Origin: an uncultured Verrucomicrobiae bacterium
GTDB taxonomy: Bacteria; Verrucomicrobiota; Verrucomicrobiia; Chthoniobacterales; Terrimicrobiaceae
Assembly: GCA_963706955.1 (NCBI GenBank)
Contig: CAVPOC010000004.1
Coordinates: 96,001 to 160,000 of the forward strand
Reading direction: 5' to 3'
DNA: 64,000 bases
Part shown: positions 22,938 through 31,946 of the stretch, in pieces
How positions within the stretch are numbered: position 1 is the stretch's first letter
Layout of the letters: each line of letters starts with the position of its first letter
Notes under the pieces: model-generated
What the model saw: the letters and a program-made list of their open reading frames with translations, nothing else
Told to the model about the DNA's origin: nothing
The model's database searches: none
Position numbers and translations under genes: made by a program

Positions 22938-23904
22938 TGCCTACAGTCCTTCCTTGCTGGCGCTTCGCCGCGATGGCAGTCGCGCTCACGCTGATGAGAA
23001 TGATGATGCCGGTAACAAATCCAAAGGAGTAGGAAGATACGCCAAGCAAAGTCAGCCCATTCTGAACTATCGCCAGCAGGACAATTCCGAGGATCGTTCC
23101 AATCACCGTCCCGATTCCGCCCTGCAGGCTAGCGCCGCCCAGGACGACGGCCGCGAGCACATCGAGCTCCCGCCCGATCAGCGCGTTGGGAACAACCTCT
23201 TCCACGCGGTGAGCCTGGACCAGTCCCGCGATCCCGGCCGTTAAGCCGGAGTAGCCGTAGACGAAACATTGCAGGCCGACCAAATTGCATCCCATGCGCT
23301 TTGCTCCTTCGACATTTCCTCCCAGCCCGTAGATTTGACGGCCAATGGAGAGACGGTTCAGGAGGATGGCGGTGATGATGAGAACGATCGCCGCGACGAG
23401 GACCGGAAAAGGAATTCCCAACGGCGCGATCGTCTCCGTAAACCAGTCCGGCAAGTCGTAAATCGACACTCCGTCCGTCAAGAACATCAGCACGGCAAAA
23501 TAGAAGGTCATCGTCGAAATGGTGACAATAACCGACAGAGCTTGGAGGTAATGAATCAGGAGAGCATTCACCACGCCGAGCAGCGCGCCGAAAACCGCCG
23601 ACAACGCAAAGGCTACCACCCAATTGCCACCGATTTGGACGAGAATCGTCGCGACGAGATATTGGGTCACCGCGGCGATCGCAGCAAACGAGATGTCGAT
23701 CCCCCCTGCGATAAGCACTACCAAAAGACCCGCTGCCATGATCGCCATCACCGAATAGCTCTCCAACAACGTCACCAGGTTGCTGACTGACAAAAATCCG
23801 GGAGAGAGCGCAGAGAAGAAGGCTCCCAACAGAAGGATGATACTCGCGATTTGAACTTCGTGCCGGCGAAACGCCGCTTTGAGAGGTCGGCTGGCGTTAG
23901 GCAT
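22927..23904 (-). CDS. Sugar/polyol ABC transporter permease
   Basis: GGIDISFAA, ELDVLAAVVLGGASLQGG. Confidence 0.88.
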   Translation of the reverse strand: MPNASRPLKAAFRRHEVQIASIILLLGAFFSALSPGFLSVSNLVTLLESYSVMAIMAAGLLVVLIAGGIDISFAAIAAVTQYLVATILVQIGGNWVVAFALSAVFGALLGVVNALLIHYLQALSVIVTISTMTFYFAVLMFLTDGVSIYDLPDWFTETIAPLGIPFPVLVAAIVLIITAILLNRLSIGRQIYGLGGNVEGAKRMGCNLVGLQCFVYGYSGLTAGIAGLVQAHRVEEVVPNALIGRELDVLAAVVLGGASLQGGIGTVIGTILGIVLLAIVQNGLTLLGVSSYSFGFVTGIIILISVSATAIAAKRQQGRTVGNVV

Positions 23905-25429
23905 GGATCGAATCTCTGAGTTCGTGCTCACTCACGTCATGAGGATTGTAGGTGGCGACGATTCGACCTTCTCGCATCACCATGATGCGATGGCTTTGGT
24001 GCAAGACTTCTTCGACCTCGTCGGAGATTAGCAAGATGGCCAGGCCACGGGTCGCGAGAGTGTCTACAATTTGGAAAATTCCGGCCTTGGCACCGATGTC
24101 AACGCCGACGGTCGGCGAATCCAAAATGAGCACGCGCGGTTTCGTCGCGAGCCATTTGGCGAGCACGACCCGCTGCTGATTGCCGCCGGAGAGCTGCTGG
24201 ACCGGCCGATCAGCCGTGGTCGTCTTCACGCGCAGCTCCTTAAAAATCCACCGGTTGATTGTTCGGGAGCGGCGTCCTCCATCGATAAGGCCCAACGGAC
24301 CGGTCAATCGATTTAAGACGGAAATGACCGTATTGTCAGCGATGGTTTGCGGCATCACCAATCCAAGTGAGAGCCGATCCTCGGAAACGTAGGCGATGCC
24401 GTGGCGGATCGCGTCGCGATTGCTGCGAAGATCGACGCGTTCTCCGTTGACTTGGATCTCCCCGGAGTCCGGCGGATTCATCCCAAAGAGCGAGAGTGCG
24501 AGCTCCGTTCGACCTGAACCCAGTCTGCCAGTCAGACCCAGAATTTCCCCCGGTCGCACTTCAAGATTGATGTCGAAGTATTGACCGGCGCACGTTAGCC
24601 CGCGTGCCTCCAACATTGGAGGGGCATCGCTGGACAAGTGGGGCTTGATACTGGTTTCGAAGACGTGCCCGGTGATAAGTTCACCCAAACGCCGGCGATC
24701 AAGATCCCGAACCCGGTAGGTGCCAAGGTTGCGCCCATCGCGGAGCACCGTGACTCTCTCCGCAATTGTCATGACTTCATCGAGTCTGTGACTCACAAAG
24801 ACCGTGGCAATATTTTGACGCTTGAGCTCGTGGATCGTCTCGAGAAGCGCCTCGACTTCCTGGTGGGTAAGTGATGCCGTTGGCTCATCCATCACCACCA
24901 ACCGCGCCTGCGCGGCCAGCGCGCGGCAAATCGCCACCAACTGACGTGTAGCGATGGGGAGGGTCCCGACCAAGGCCTCCATCGGGAGCGAAATCTTCAG
25001 GCGCTCCATGACTGCGCGCGCTTGGTCCTTCATGGTCTGGCGATTCATCAGACCTGCCGGCGCTTCCACGTGATGCCGAAAAGCGATGTTCTCAGCAACC
25101 GAAAGGTTCGGAAAGAGCGAAAGGTCCTGATAGATGATTTGCACCCCGAAGCGCTGGGAAGCGGCGGGGGATAAATGAGAGTGCGCCTTTCCCTCCAGGA
25201 TGATTTCTCCCTCGTCAGGATTGTGAACGCCGGAGAGAATTTTGATCAAGGTGCTCTTGCCGCAGCCGTTCTCCCCAGCAAGGCAATGTATCTCGCCGGA
25301 ACGGATCGAGAAGCTGACATTGGTCAGGGCGCGGACTCCGCCAAAGCGCTTGCTAATCCCGCGCATCTCGATGAACTCGGGTGCGCTTAGCTGGGCAGCC
25401 TGCTCAGAATTGGCCGAGGTGGAAATCAT
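23897..25429 (-). CDS. Sugar ABC transporter ATP-binding protein
   Basis: GENGCGKST, VMDEPT, LSGGNQQRV, LDSPTVGVDIG. Confidence 0.9.
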   Translation of the reverse strand: MISTSANSEQAAQLSAPEFIEMRGISKRFGGVRALTNVSFSIRSGEIHCLAGENGCGKSTLIKILSGVHNPDEGEIILEGKAHSHLSPAASQRFGVQIIYQDLSLFPNLSVAENIAFRHHVEAPAGLMNRQTMKDQARAVMERLKISLPMEALVGTLPIATRQLVAICRALAAQARLVVMDEPTASLTHQEVEALLETIHELKRQNIATVFVSHRLDEVMTIAERVTVLRDGRNLGTYRVRDLDRRRLGELITGHVFETSIKPHLSSDAPPMLEARGLTCAGQYFDINLEVRPGEILGLTGRLGSGRTELALSLFGMNPPDSGEIQVNGERVDLRSNRDAIRHGIAYVSEDRLSLGLVMPQTIADNTVISVLNRLTGPLGLIDGGRRSRTINRWIFKELRVKTTTADRPVQQLSGGNQQRVVLAKWLATKPRVLILDSPTVGVDIGAKAGIFQIVDTLATRGLAILLISDEVEEVLHQSHRIMVMREGRIVATYNPHDVSEHELRDSIHA

Positions 25430-25484
25430 GGCCGCGTGTGCCGCGCCCACGCGAGCGGGCGCGACACAGAATGACTGATGAAAT

Positions 25485-26490
25485 CTAGAGTCCGAGTGCT
25501 ACCAGCTCATCGACTGTATTCTTGTCGATCGCCAGCACCTTGATTGCGCGAATCACCCGCGTCTGCGGGTCGACGCTGACCTTTCCGAGACCGGGTATCT
25601 CCATGCCATCGGTGATTTCCTTCCCGTCCAGAACCATCTTCGCCACGGTGATGATCGCCTTGCCCGCTTCAGGAGGGCTCCAAATATAGCCAACCTTGAT
25701 GATGCCATCTTTGACCAACTTTTTCCCCTGGGTCGGCGAGCAGGCCCCCACCAGAACGATCTGTTCGGCTTTGTTGCGCTCTTTGATGGCCCGACCCGCT
25801 CCGATCGGGCCCTGGCTGCCGAAGGTCAAGATTCCCTTGAGGTTGGGATGGGCAAGCATGGCGTCCAAGGCGGTCTTGTAGCTGTCGTCAACGCTTTCCG
25901 CGACACCGTAGCGGTCGGCGACCAGTTTCATCTTTGGGATAGTGCTCCTTCTGATAGGCGATGGCCGCATCTGCCCATGCATTGTGCAACGGAACCGTCA
26001 AGCCTCCCACATAGACGATGTATTCGCCTTCCTCGTTCATGTATTTGGCGAGGTCTTTCATGTGGCGTTCCCCAAACTCCTTGTTGTCGATCATCTCGAT
26101 GTCCCACACGTTTCCCTTTTGATCGGGCGACTCATGGGTGATGATCGGAATACCCGCCGCCTTGGCCCGCTCGAAGACTGGCTCAAGAGCCTTGGCATCG
26201 TTCGGCACTACCCCGATTGCGCTAACTTTCTTGGCGATGAGATCTTCGACCGCTCGCACCTGCTGCGCAGGATCCGCCGTCGTCGGCCCGATCATATAGG
26301 CCTTCACATTTTGTTCCTTGCCTGCCTCTTTGATGCCTTTTTCCATGGCGGTAAACCAGGGGATACCTCCGATCTTTACCACAACGGCAATCTCGGGCTC
26401 CTCAGCACGTAGCTGGACGTTCCACCCTGCAAACAGCAGGGCGAGCGCAACCAGGGCAGCGCGTTTAAAGGTGATGGATTGTATTCTCAT
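25485..26490 (-). CDS. Sugar/polyol ABC substrate-binding protein (LsrB-like fold); frameshift near 25935
   Basis: Signal peptide, VVVKIGGIPWF, ADPAQQV; second piece FGSQGPIGAG, WSPPEAG. Confidence 0.85.
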
Positions 26491-26550
26491 TTCTTGTTCT
26501 GCTTGGGTGTGGGGTTGAGTTCGAGAGTCTGGGGGGTGACTTTTCTAAAT

Positions 26551-26646
26551 ATCGAATTCGATCAACGAACGTTCGTAAAAAAAATCAGGAATTCTTTCGG
26601 GCCGCTCGCTGTAGACTATTGTTCAATAGTTGAGTTGGGATGTCAA
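26551..26646 (-). promoter_or_regulatory. Sigma70-like promoter with overlapping palindromic operators
   Basis: Minus strand TTGACA (26646-26641), 17 bp, AACAAT (26623-26618). The dyad ACTATTG-TT-CAATAGT (26615-26630) overlaps the -10. Perfect palindromes ATCGAATTCGAT (26551-26562) and ACGAACGTTCGT (26565-26576) lie downstream. Confidence 0.55.
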
Positions 26647-26796
26647 TCACACCGGCGGCAATCAACTTCACCAAAGTCAAGCGAGTAAGATAAGAAGACA
26701 TAGGTTAACTTGACGGTTTGCCGGCCGGACTGGGCGCACCAACCAGCCCAGGGGGTGAATGGTTTAAAGTCGAGGGAAAACGCTTCGAAGCGCCGC

Positions 26797-27589
26797 CTAC
26801 GCCTTCTGGTTAAGCGTCGCCAGTCTGGCAACCCGTTGGGTCAATTTAGAGAAATGCGATCCTGGCCAGTAGATGCGCCCGCATTCGTCACAGACCCGAT
26901 AACGATCATAGTATTGTAGCGTGCGTGGTTCTGCGGCCAGTCGATTGGCCACGTCCTGCTTGCCGGTGGTTTGGAGCAGCCCGTTGCATTCGAGGCAGCG
27001 CGTGAAGGGAGCGAGAGTGCCGGAGGAAATCGTAAGTCCGAAGCGACATAGAACCTCGGTTGTTTGCATCTCAGGCTCGTGGGACCGCGGGCAGAACCCG
27101 TCTTTGACAATTGCGTGCATAAGCAGACGACGATCGCGTGTCAGGATTGCTCGATTCTCGGTGGACATGATTTGGAGAAGGCGACGATCGTCCGCCTGCG
27201 GTTCGTAAGCGCTATCTAATCCGAGGAGTCGGAGGTTGCGGGCAAGTCCGCCGAGATGTCCATCCACAACAAACCGTTCGCAGCGCCGGCGCTGCAGGCG
27301 CGGCTGCAAGGGAAGAATGTCCTCCGGCGCGGGAAATCCATAGACCTCGATCCGCGCAGATGTTTCCACTTGCCAGCGGAAATCAACGGCCATTGGCGTG
27401 GGATTATTCGCGCATCTGATAATGATCAAATCGACCTCCGGGTGTGGAACCCCGCAAGCCTCAATCACATCTTTAATGGATGTCTTTTCAGACAAGTGCC
27501 GAAGAACGTGCGATCTCGTTCGCCATCGCCTCGGTCACGAAGAACGTCGCAAGGTCACCGTGGAATTTGATCTCCAAACCGAAGTTCAT
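26797..27589 (-). CDS. Mut7-C ubiquitin-like/PIN RNase domain protein (N-terminal frameshift)
   Basis: MNFGLEIKFHGDL..., SIKDVIEACGVPHPEVDLI, FVVDGHLGGLARNLRLLGLD, LTRDRRL, RCLECNG...CDECGRIYWPGSH. Confidence 0.88.
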
Positions 27590-27691
27590 CCGCAAGAGTG
27601 CTACCCACAAAAGCGTCGTGTTGGCCGCGGAAAAATCAATTTCGCCGAGTTCCCGGCGATTCCCACGGTCCGCCGGTCAGGGTCATTTTCT

Positions 27692-27893
27692 GACAACTGC
27701 CTGGCAGCGCTAGACGATTGTGTGGTTGAACGCACCGTCGAGCCCACGGTCAAGCGAGTCGCCGTGCGTCGGCGGCAATTTGCCACGAGGGAAAGCGGTG
27801 AGGGTCTCGGACCTGAAGGGAGCGGCGACGTTCGGGCAACGCCAACCCACGCTACACGGGAAAATTCATCACCAAGAAAAATGCCACCTTGTC
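27692..27893 (+). ncRNA. Candidate structured non-coding RNA (unassigned; 6S-like fold is one option)
   Basis: No convincing ORF; nested helices GACAA/TTGTC, TGGCA/TGCCA, GTGG.TGAA/TTCATCAC, GTCGCCG/CGGCGAC; loop-loop complementarity ACGCAC/GTGCGT; GC hairpin immediately downstream. Confidence 0.45.
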
Positions 27894-27894
27894 C

Positions 27895-27922
27895 GCCCCC
27901 CCGGACTCTCACCGGACGGGGC
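27895..27922 (+). terminator. GC-rich hairpin (terminator-like, no clear U-tract)
   Basis: GCCCC-CCCGG-actctca-CCGG-AC-GGGGC directly after the RNA candidate. Confidence 0.3.
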
Positions 27923-28143
27923 TATCATCCCGAGGCTATTTGGCCGGAGCGGAAAGGATGGCACTTTGCGGGCCGCGCTTTGTTCACCCAGATCAGCGGG
28001 CCATTAAAGTAAGCCGATCCGTGCAGATGTCAATCTGGAGCCGGCAAACAATTATATCGGACGTTATCGGTGCGCGTAAGGGGGGTGGTGCGTGGGTGAG
28101 GATTGCTCTTGTCACGCTGTCGCGGTCACCTATCACTCTGTCG

Positions 28144-28548
28144 ATGATTCTCAGCTGGCTTTCCAAGTATCGTGATCTTGGCTTGCTTTTCTTGCGCGTG
28201 GGTATCGGCACGATGATGGTTCTCCACGGTTGGCCGAAACTCGCCGGCGGCATTCAGCAGTGGGAAAAACTCGGCAAAGCCATGAGCCTTGTCGGCATAA
28301 GCTTTTTTCCCGGTTTTTGGGGCTTCTCTTCGGCGATGGTTGAGACTGTTGGGGGCGTGCTTATCGTGTTGGGGTTTTGCTTTCGTCCAGTCGCCATCTT
28401 AATGACATTCAACTTCATTGTGGCAACCGTCTTCCTTTATAAGACAACGGCTCAATTCATTGAGTGGTCTCGCCCGGCTGAGACGCTGATTCTTTTCTTC
28501 AGTCTCATCTTTATCGGTGCCGGCAAATACAGCATCGACCGAAGCTAA
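28144..28548 (+). CDS. DoxX family membrane protein
   Basis: DLGLLFLRVGIG..HGWPKL, ETVGG, GAGKYSID. Confidence 0.88.
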   Translation: MILSWLSKYRDLGLLFLRVGIGTMMVLHGWPKLAGGIQQWEKLGKAMSLVGISFFPGFWGFSSAMVETVGGVLIVLGFCFRPVAILMTFNFIVATVFLYKTTAQFIEWSRPAETLILFFSLIFIGAGKYSIDRS

Positions 28549-28808
28549 GGATTTCCCGGGCTTCCTCCTCCTGAGTTAGGGACGACCACACAAGATGGGA
28601 GCTCTCGCGCGGTCTCCCACCGCCGAGGCCCGCCAGAATGAGGACATCGCCGACCTACAGAACTGTTCCGATCGTGGGGACACGGTCGCTCCAATCTACG
28701 CTCTTGCACCCTGCGATTAATGCTCGAGAACTGCGATAAGCTACATGAGTCTTGGGCTCACCCTGGCACGTTCCAGAGCCAACATCGGAAAACGCCAACT
28801 CTCAAATG

Positions 28809-29066
28809 TCACCAAGGACGCTCGACGACTTCATAGCCCCCGGTGGGATATCTGCGGTAGTAAACGTTATCGTAATCGTAATAGTCGACACCACGATAGA
28901 CTCGAGTGCGATATCCCCTCGGCAGAACCGTAATAACTCTCGGGGTGGGACTCACGGTGGTCTCTTGAACCACGACGCGAGTGGGAACGGTGCGCCGCTC
29001 GTAAACGAGGCATCCCGAAGTCGCCAGACCGGTAACGAATGTTGCGATAAGAAGAATGGTTTTCAT
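28809..29066 (-). CDS. Small putative lipoprotein, Tyr/Arg/Val-rich
   Basis: MKTILL...LATSGC lipobox; LPRGYRTRVYRGVDYYDYDNVYY. Confidence 0.65.
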   Translation of the reverse strand: MKTILLIATFVTGLATSGCLVYERRTVPTRVVVQETTVSPTPRVITVLPRGYRTRVYRGVDYYDYDNVYYRRYPTGGYEVVERPW

Positions 29067-29185
29067 GGGCTAAGTAGGTGCTAAAGGAGAATCGCTGCGG
29101 CAGAGAACGGCGCGCGTATGGCCCACCACTATCAAGAGATCGATTCCTACTCGACGTTCTGCTTGCAATTGGAGAGTAACAAGCT

Positions 29186-29659
29186 GTGGAAGCTCTTTGG
29201 TGGTTTCTAACGCTGGCACTGATGGTGATCGGTCTTGTCGGAACCGTGGTGCCTTTGGTCCCCGGGACCGTCCTTATTCTTTGCGGAGCGGTGCTCAACC
29301 ACTTTCTTCTCCATTCCATAGGTTGGCCGACTCTCGTGGCGCTTACACTCATGATGATCGCGGCGCAAGCCCTCGACGTCGTGAGCGGTTCGCTCGGCGC
29401 GAAGTGGTTCGGGGCGACACGTTGGGGCGCGATCGGGGGGATTCTCGGGGCGATCGTCGGACTATTCTTCGGGTTGATCGGCATCTTTGTTGGACCCCTA
29501 ATTGGGGCCTTGTTGGGTGAATTGCTGGGCGGAAAGGGTCTGCTGCCAGCCGGGCGTTCCTCCTGGGGCACTCTGATCGGCACGAGTGCGGGAATTATCG
29601 GCAAGTTCACCATTGGTGCAGCCATGATCATCTGGTTCTTGATCGCCGCCCTGGTGTAA
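29186..29659 (+). CDS. DUF456 family membrane protein
   Basis: GLVGTVVPLVPG, GAKWFGATRWGAIG, GPLIGALLGEL. Confidence 0.85.
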   Translation: MEALWWFLTLALMVIGLVGTVVPLVPGTVLILCGAVLNHFLLHSIGWPTLVALTLMMIAAQALDVVSGSLGAKWFGATRWGAIGGILGAIVGLFFGLIGIFVGPLIGALLGELLGGKGLLPAGRSSWGTLIGTSAGIIGKFTIGAAMIIWFLIAALV

Positions 29660-29725
29660 CAGCCCTCCGAAGAACCGCCCATTGCGAAAGGGTGAGTACT
29701 TGTCGTCTGGCGGCGTTTAATCTGT

Positions 29726-31807
29726 ATGAAGCTGTATCATACTTTTTCGAAGCGAAAGCCACGTTGGCTGCTCGTGCTAACTGCGGCGCTTCTTTCGTGC
29801 TGTTCTGCGTTCGCGCAGGTGCAATCTCAGGCTCCCCCTCCGCCGCCGGCTGAAGCGCCTCCTCAAAATCTGACGAAGGAAGAGCTCGATAAGCTGTTGG
29901 GTCCAATCGCGCTCTATCCTGACGCTCTCATCGCAGTACTTTTGCCGGCCGCCACAGTTCCATCCGATATCGTCCTTGCAGCACGCTTTCTTTCCACGAA
30001 CGAAAATTTAGCTCAAGTCGACGACCAACCATGGGATGAGAGCGTGAGGTCTCTGGCCCGCTATCCCGAGATCGTCAAGTGGATGGACCAAAATCTCGAG
30101 TGGACCACTCAGCTCGGAGAGGTCTTTTTGGATCAACCGGCGGACGTCATGAATTCAATTCAGTCGCTGCGCGCACAGGCAAGAGCAGCGGGCACGCTGG
30201 TCGACACTCCGCAACAACGGGTCGTCGAAGAGGAGAGCTACATTCGCGTTGTTCCGGCCGAACCCGACGTAATTTACGTGCCGCAATACGATCCCGAGGT
30301 CGTCTACGTCCAGCCTTATACGCCCTATGTCGAGCCGGTGGTAAGTTTTGGGATCGGTTTTGCCGTGGGTCCTTGGCTTAATTACGATTGCGATTGGCCG
30401 CGCCGAAAAGTGTGCGTGGGAGACTGGAATCCCAGGTGGAGAGATGAATGGCGGGGTGATTGGCGGCCTGAATGGAGAGATGAATGGCGCGGTCGTGGAC
30501 GGCATGATGGCCCGAATTCGGTAAATGTTGTCAATATCACCCGGGAGAGCGCGCGTGTTTGGCAGCCGAGCCCGAGAATTGAACGTCAGCATTGGCAACG
30601 GCAGCGAAACTACGATCGTGATCGGGAAAATGTTCGCGAACGAAATCGAGGTGGTGAACGGGAGAGGCGTTCCTGGGTGGTTGCAAAGCCGTCCCGAGCA
30701 AACTTTGATCGAGACCGAGATAATCGAGACCGGGGAGATTGGCAACGCTCCGATCGGATGGGGTCGCGTCGTGATCGATCCGATCGCGTCTGGCAACCCG
30801 GCTCTTCAGGGCCAGAAGTATCGCGCAATCGCGACCGCGACGATCGAGACCGGGGAAATTGGCAACGCTCGGATCGGAGGGATTCCGGTCGTGACCGATC
30901 GAACCGCGCCTGGCAGCCCAACTCCTCCGGACCGCCAGTAGCGCGCAATCGCGACCGCGATGAGCAGGAGGGAGAAGATGGGCAGCGTTCTGATCGCAGA
31001 GGCTCGAACCGCGAGCGCTCGGAACGGGTCGGGCAGCCCGGCTCTTCAGGGCCGCAAGTGTCGCGCAATCGAGACCGTGACGCTAGGAATAGAGAGGATT
31101 GGCAGCGTTCTGATCGTGGCGCTTCAGATCGTCAGCGGTCAGATTCAGTTCGCCGATCCGGCTCCTCAGGGCCAGCAGCATGGCAGAACGATCGAAGTGA
31201 GCAGCGGGCCGAACGGGGAGAGGGGCGGCGAAATCGCGATGAAAGCCAACGAGCTTTCGTGAGGGGAAACGGGCAAGGTCAAACCTCATTTGAAAGAGAG
31301 CGGGCGCGCCGATCAAGCGATTCGCGAGAAAATAGACGCAGGGAGGATGGCCAATCGGTCAGATCTCAGCGCCCGAACTACGAGGTCGCTCGTTCCGAGC
31401 GATCCCCTAATCGAGAGCGCTCTCGTTCAGAGTCAAGGCGATCAGTCGCCAGATCAGAAGGCAACTCGCGCCCGGAAGCTCGGGTGAATCGTAGTTCCTC
31501 GAGGGTTGACAGACCTCAATCGCAGCGCTCGCGCGTGGCGGATTCGAGGAGAGACAACGACTCGCGCCAAGCCAGGGGAGGTTCTTCGAGGCAATCATCG
31601 CGAGGAAATGCGGCGTACTATGGTCAATCGAGAAGGTCCCAACAGTCCGCGCGTGTCGAGCGATCTGGGGGTCAACCTCAAAGATCAACGCCATCCTATT
31701 CGAGACAGGATCGGCAGCAGTCTGCCAGTGCGGCCGGGAAAGGACGCCGGGGAGGCAACAATGGCGGTAAAAAGGGAAACAGGGACAAAGAGGAGCGCCG
31801 TCAATAA
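29726..31807 (+). CDS. Secreted DUF3300 domain protein with long Arg/Asp/Ser-rich disordered tail
   Basis: Signal peptide; ELDKLLGPIALYPDAL, WDESVRSL, DVMNSIQSLR, VIYVPQYDP; about 430-aa low-complexity tail. Confidence 0.85.
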   Translation: MKLYHTFSKRKPRWLLVLTAALLSCCSAFAQVQSQAPPPPPAEAPPQNLTKEELDKLLGPIALYPDALIAVLLPAATVPSDIVLAARFLSTNENLAQVDDQPWDESVRSLARYPEIVKWMDQNLEWTTQLGEVFLDQPADVMNSIQSLRAQARAAGTLVDTPQQRVVEEESYIRVVPAEPDVIYVPQYDPEVVYVQPYTPYVEPVVSFGIGFAVGPWLNYDCDWPRRKVCVGDWNPRWRDEWRGDWRPEWRDEWRGRGRHDGPNSVNVVNITRESARVWQPSPRIERQHWQRQRNYDRDRENVRERNRGGERERRSWVVAKPSRANFDRDRDNRDRGDWQRSDRMGSRRDRSDRVWQPGSSGPEVSRNRDRDDRDRGNWQRSDRRDSGRDRSNRAWQPNSSGPPVARNRDRDEQEGEDGQRSDRRGSNRERSERVGQPGSSGPQVSRNRDRDARNREDWQRSDRGASDRQRSDSVRRSGSSGPAAWQNDRSEQRAERGEGRRNRDESQRAFVRGNGQGQTSFERERARRSSDSRENRRREDGQSVRSQRPNYEVARSERSPNRERSRSESRRSVARSEGNSRPEARVNRSSSRVDRPQSQRSRVADSRRDNDSRQARGGSSRQSSRGNAAYYGQSRRSQQSARVERSGGQPQRSTPSYSRQDRQQSASAAGKGRRGGNNGGKKGNRDKEERRQ
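30710..31180 (+). repeat. About four imperfect 120-bp (40-aa) coding tandem repeats
   Basis: Units start at 30710, 30830, 30950 and 31070; consensus RDRDxRDRGxWQRSDRxxSxRDRSxRVWQPGSSGPxVSRN. Confidence 0.85.
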
Positions 31808-31946
31808 TACTCCTGGCATTCTGGATAGTTGTCGTTGTCGCGGCGGCGTCCCCGCTGCCGGGAGGCCTGGGACGATGAAGGACATCCCCGCTGCAAAGCG
31901 CTGGGCGCCGCGACACGTCCTGACAAAGGTGTCGGCGCGTTAGTTC

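Noticed and set aside
20078..26490. AI-2 Lsr quorum-sensing system
   Set aside because: The SBP is only LsrB-like in fold; lsrR, lsrF and lsrG are absent and the kinase resembles xylulokinase
27786..27830. Cobalamin riboswitch (AGGGAA..CGGTG) or SRP helix 8 (GGACC.GAAGG.AGC) assignment
   Set aside because: No B12 box GCCACTG and no P5 pairing; the SRP CAGG/AGCA symmetric loop and GNRA tetraloop are not matched
28590..28665. REP/GTAG-type repeat (..GACATCGCCGACCTAC)
   Set aside because: Single degenerate copy; no second copy noticed in the window
30710..31180. CRISPR-like periodic repeats
   Set aside because: These are 120-bp in-frame coding repeats without unique spacers, and no cas genes are present
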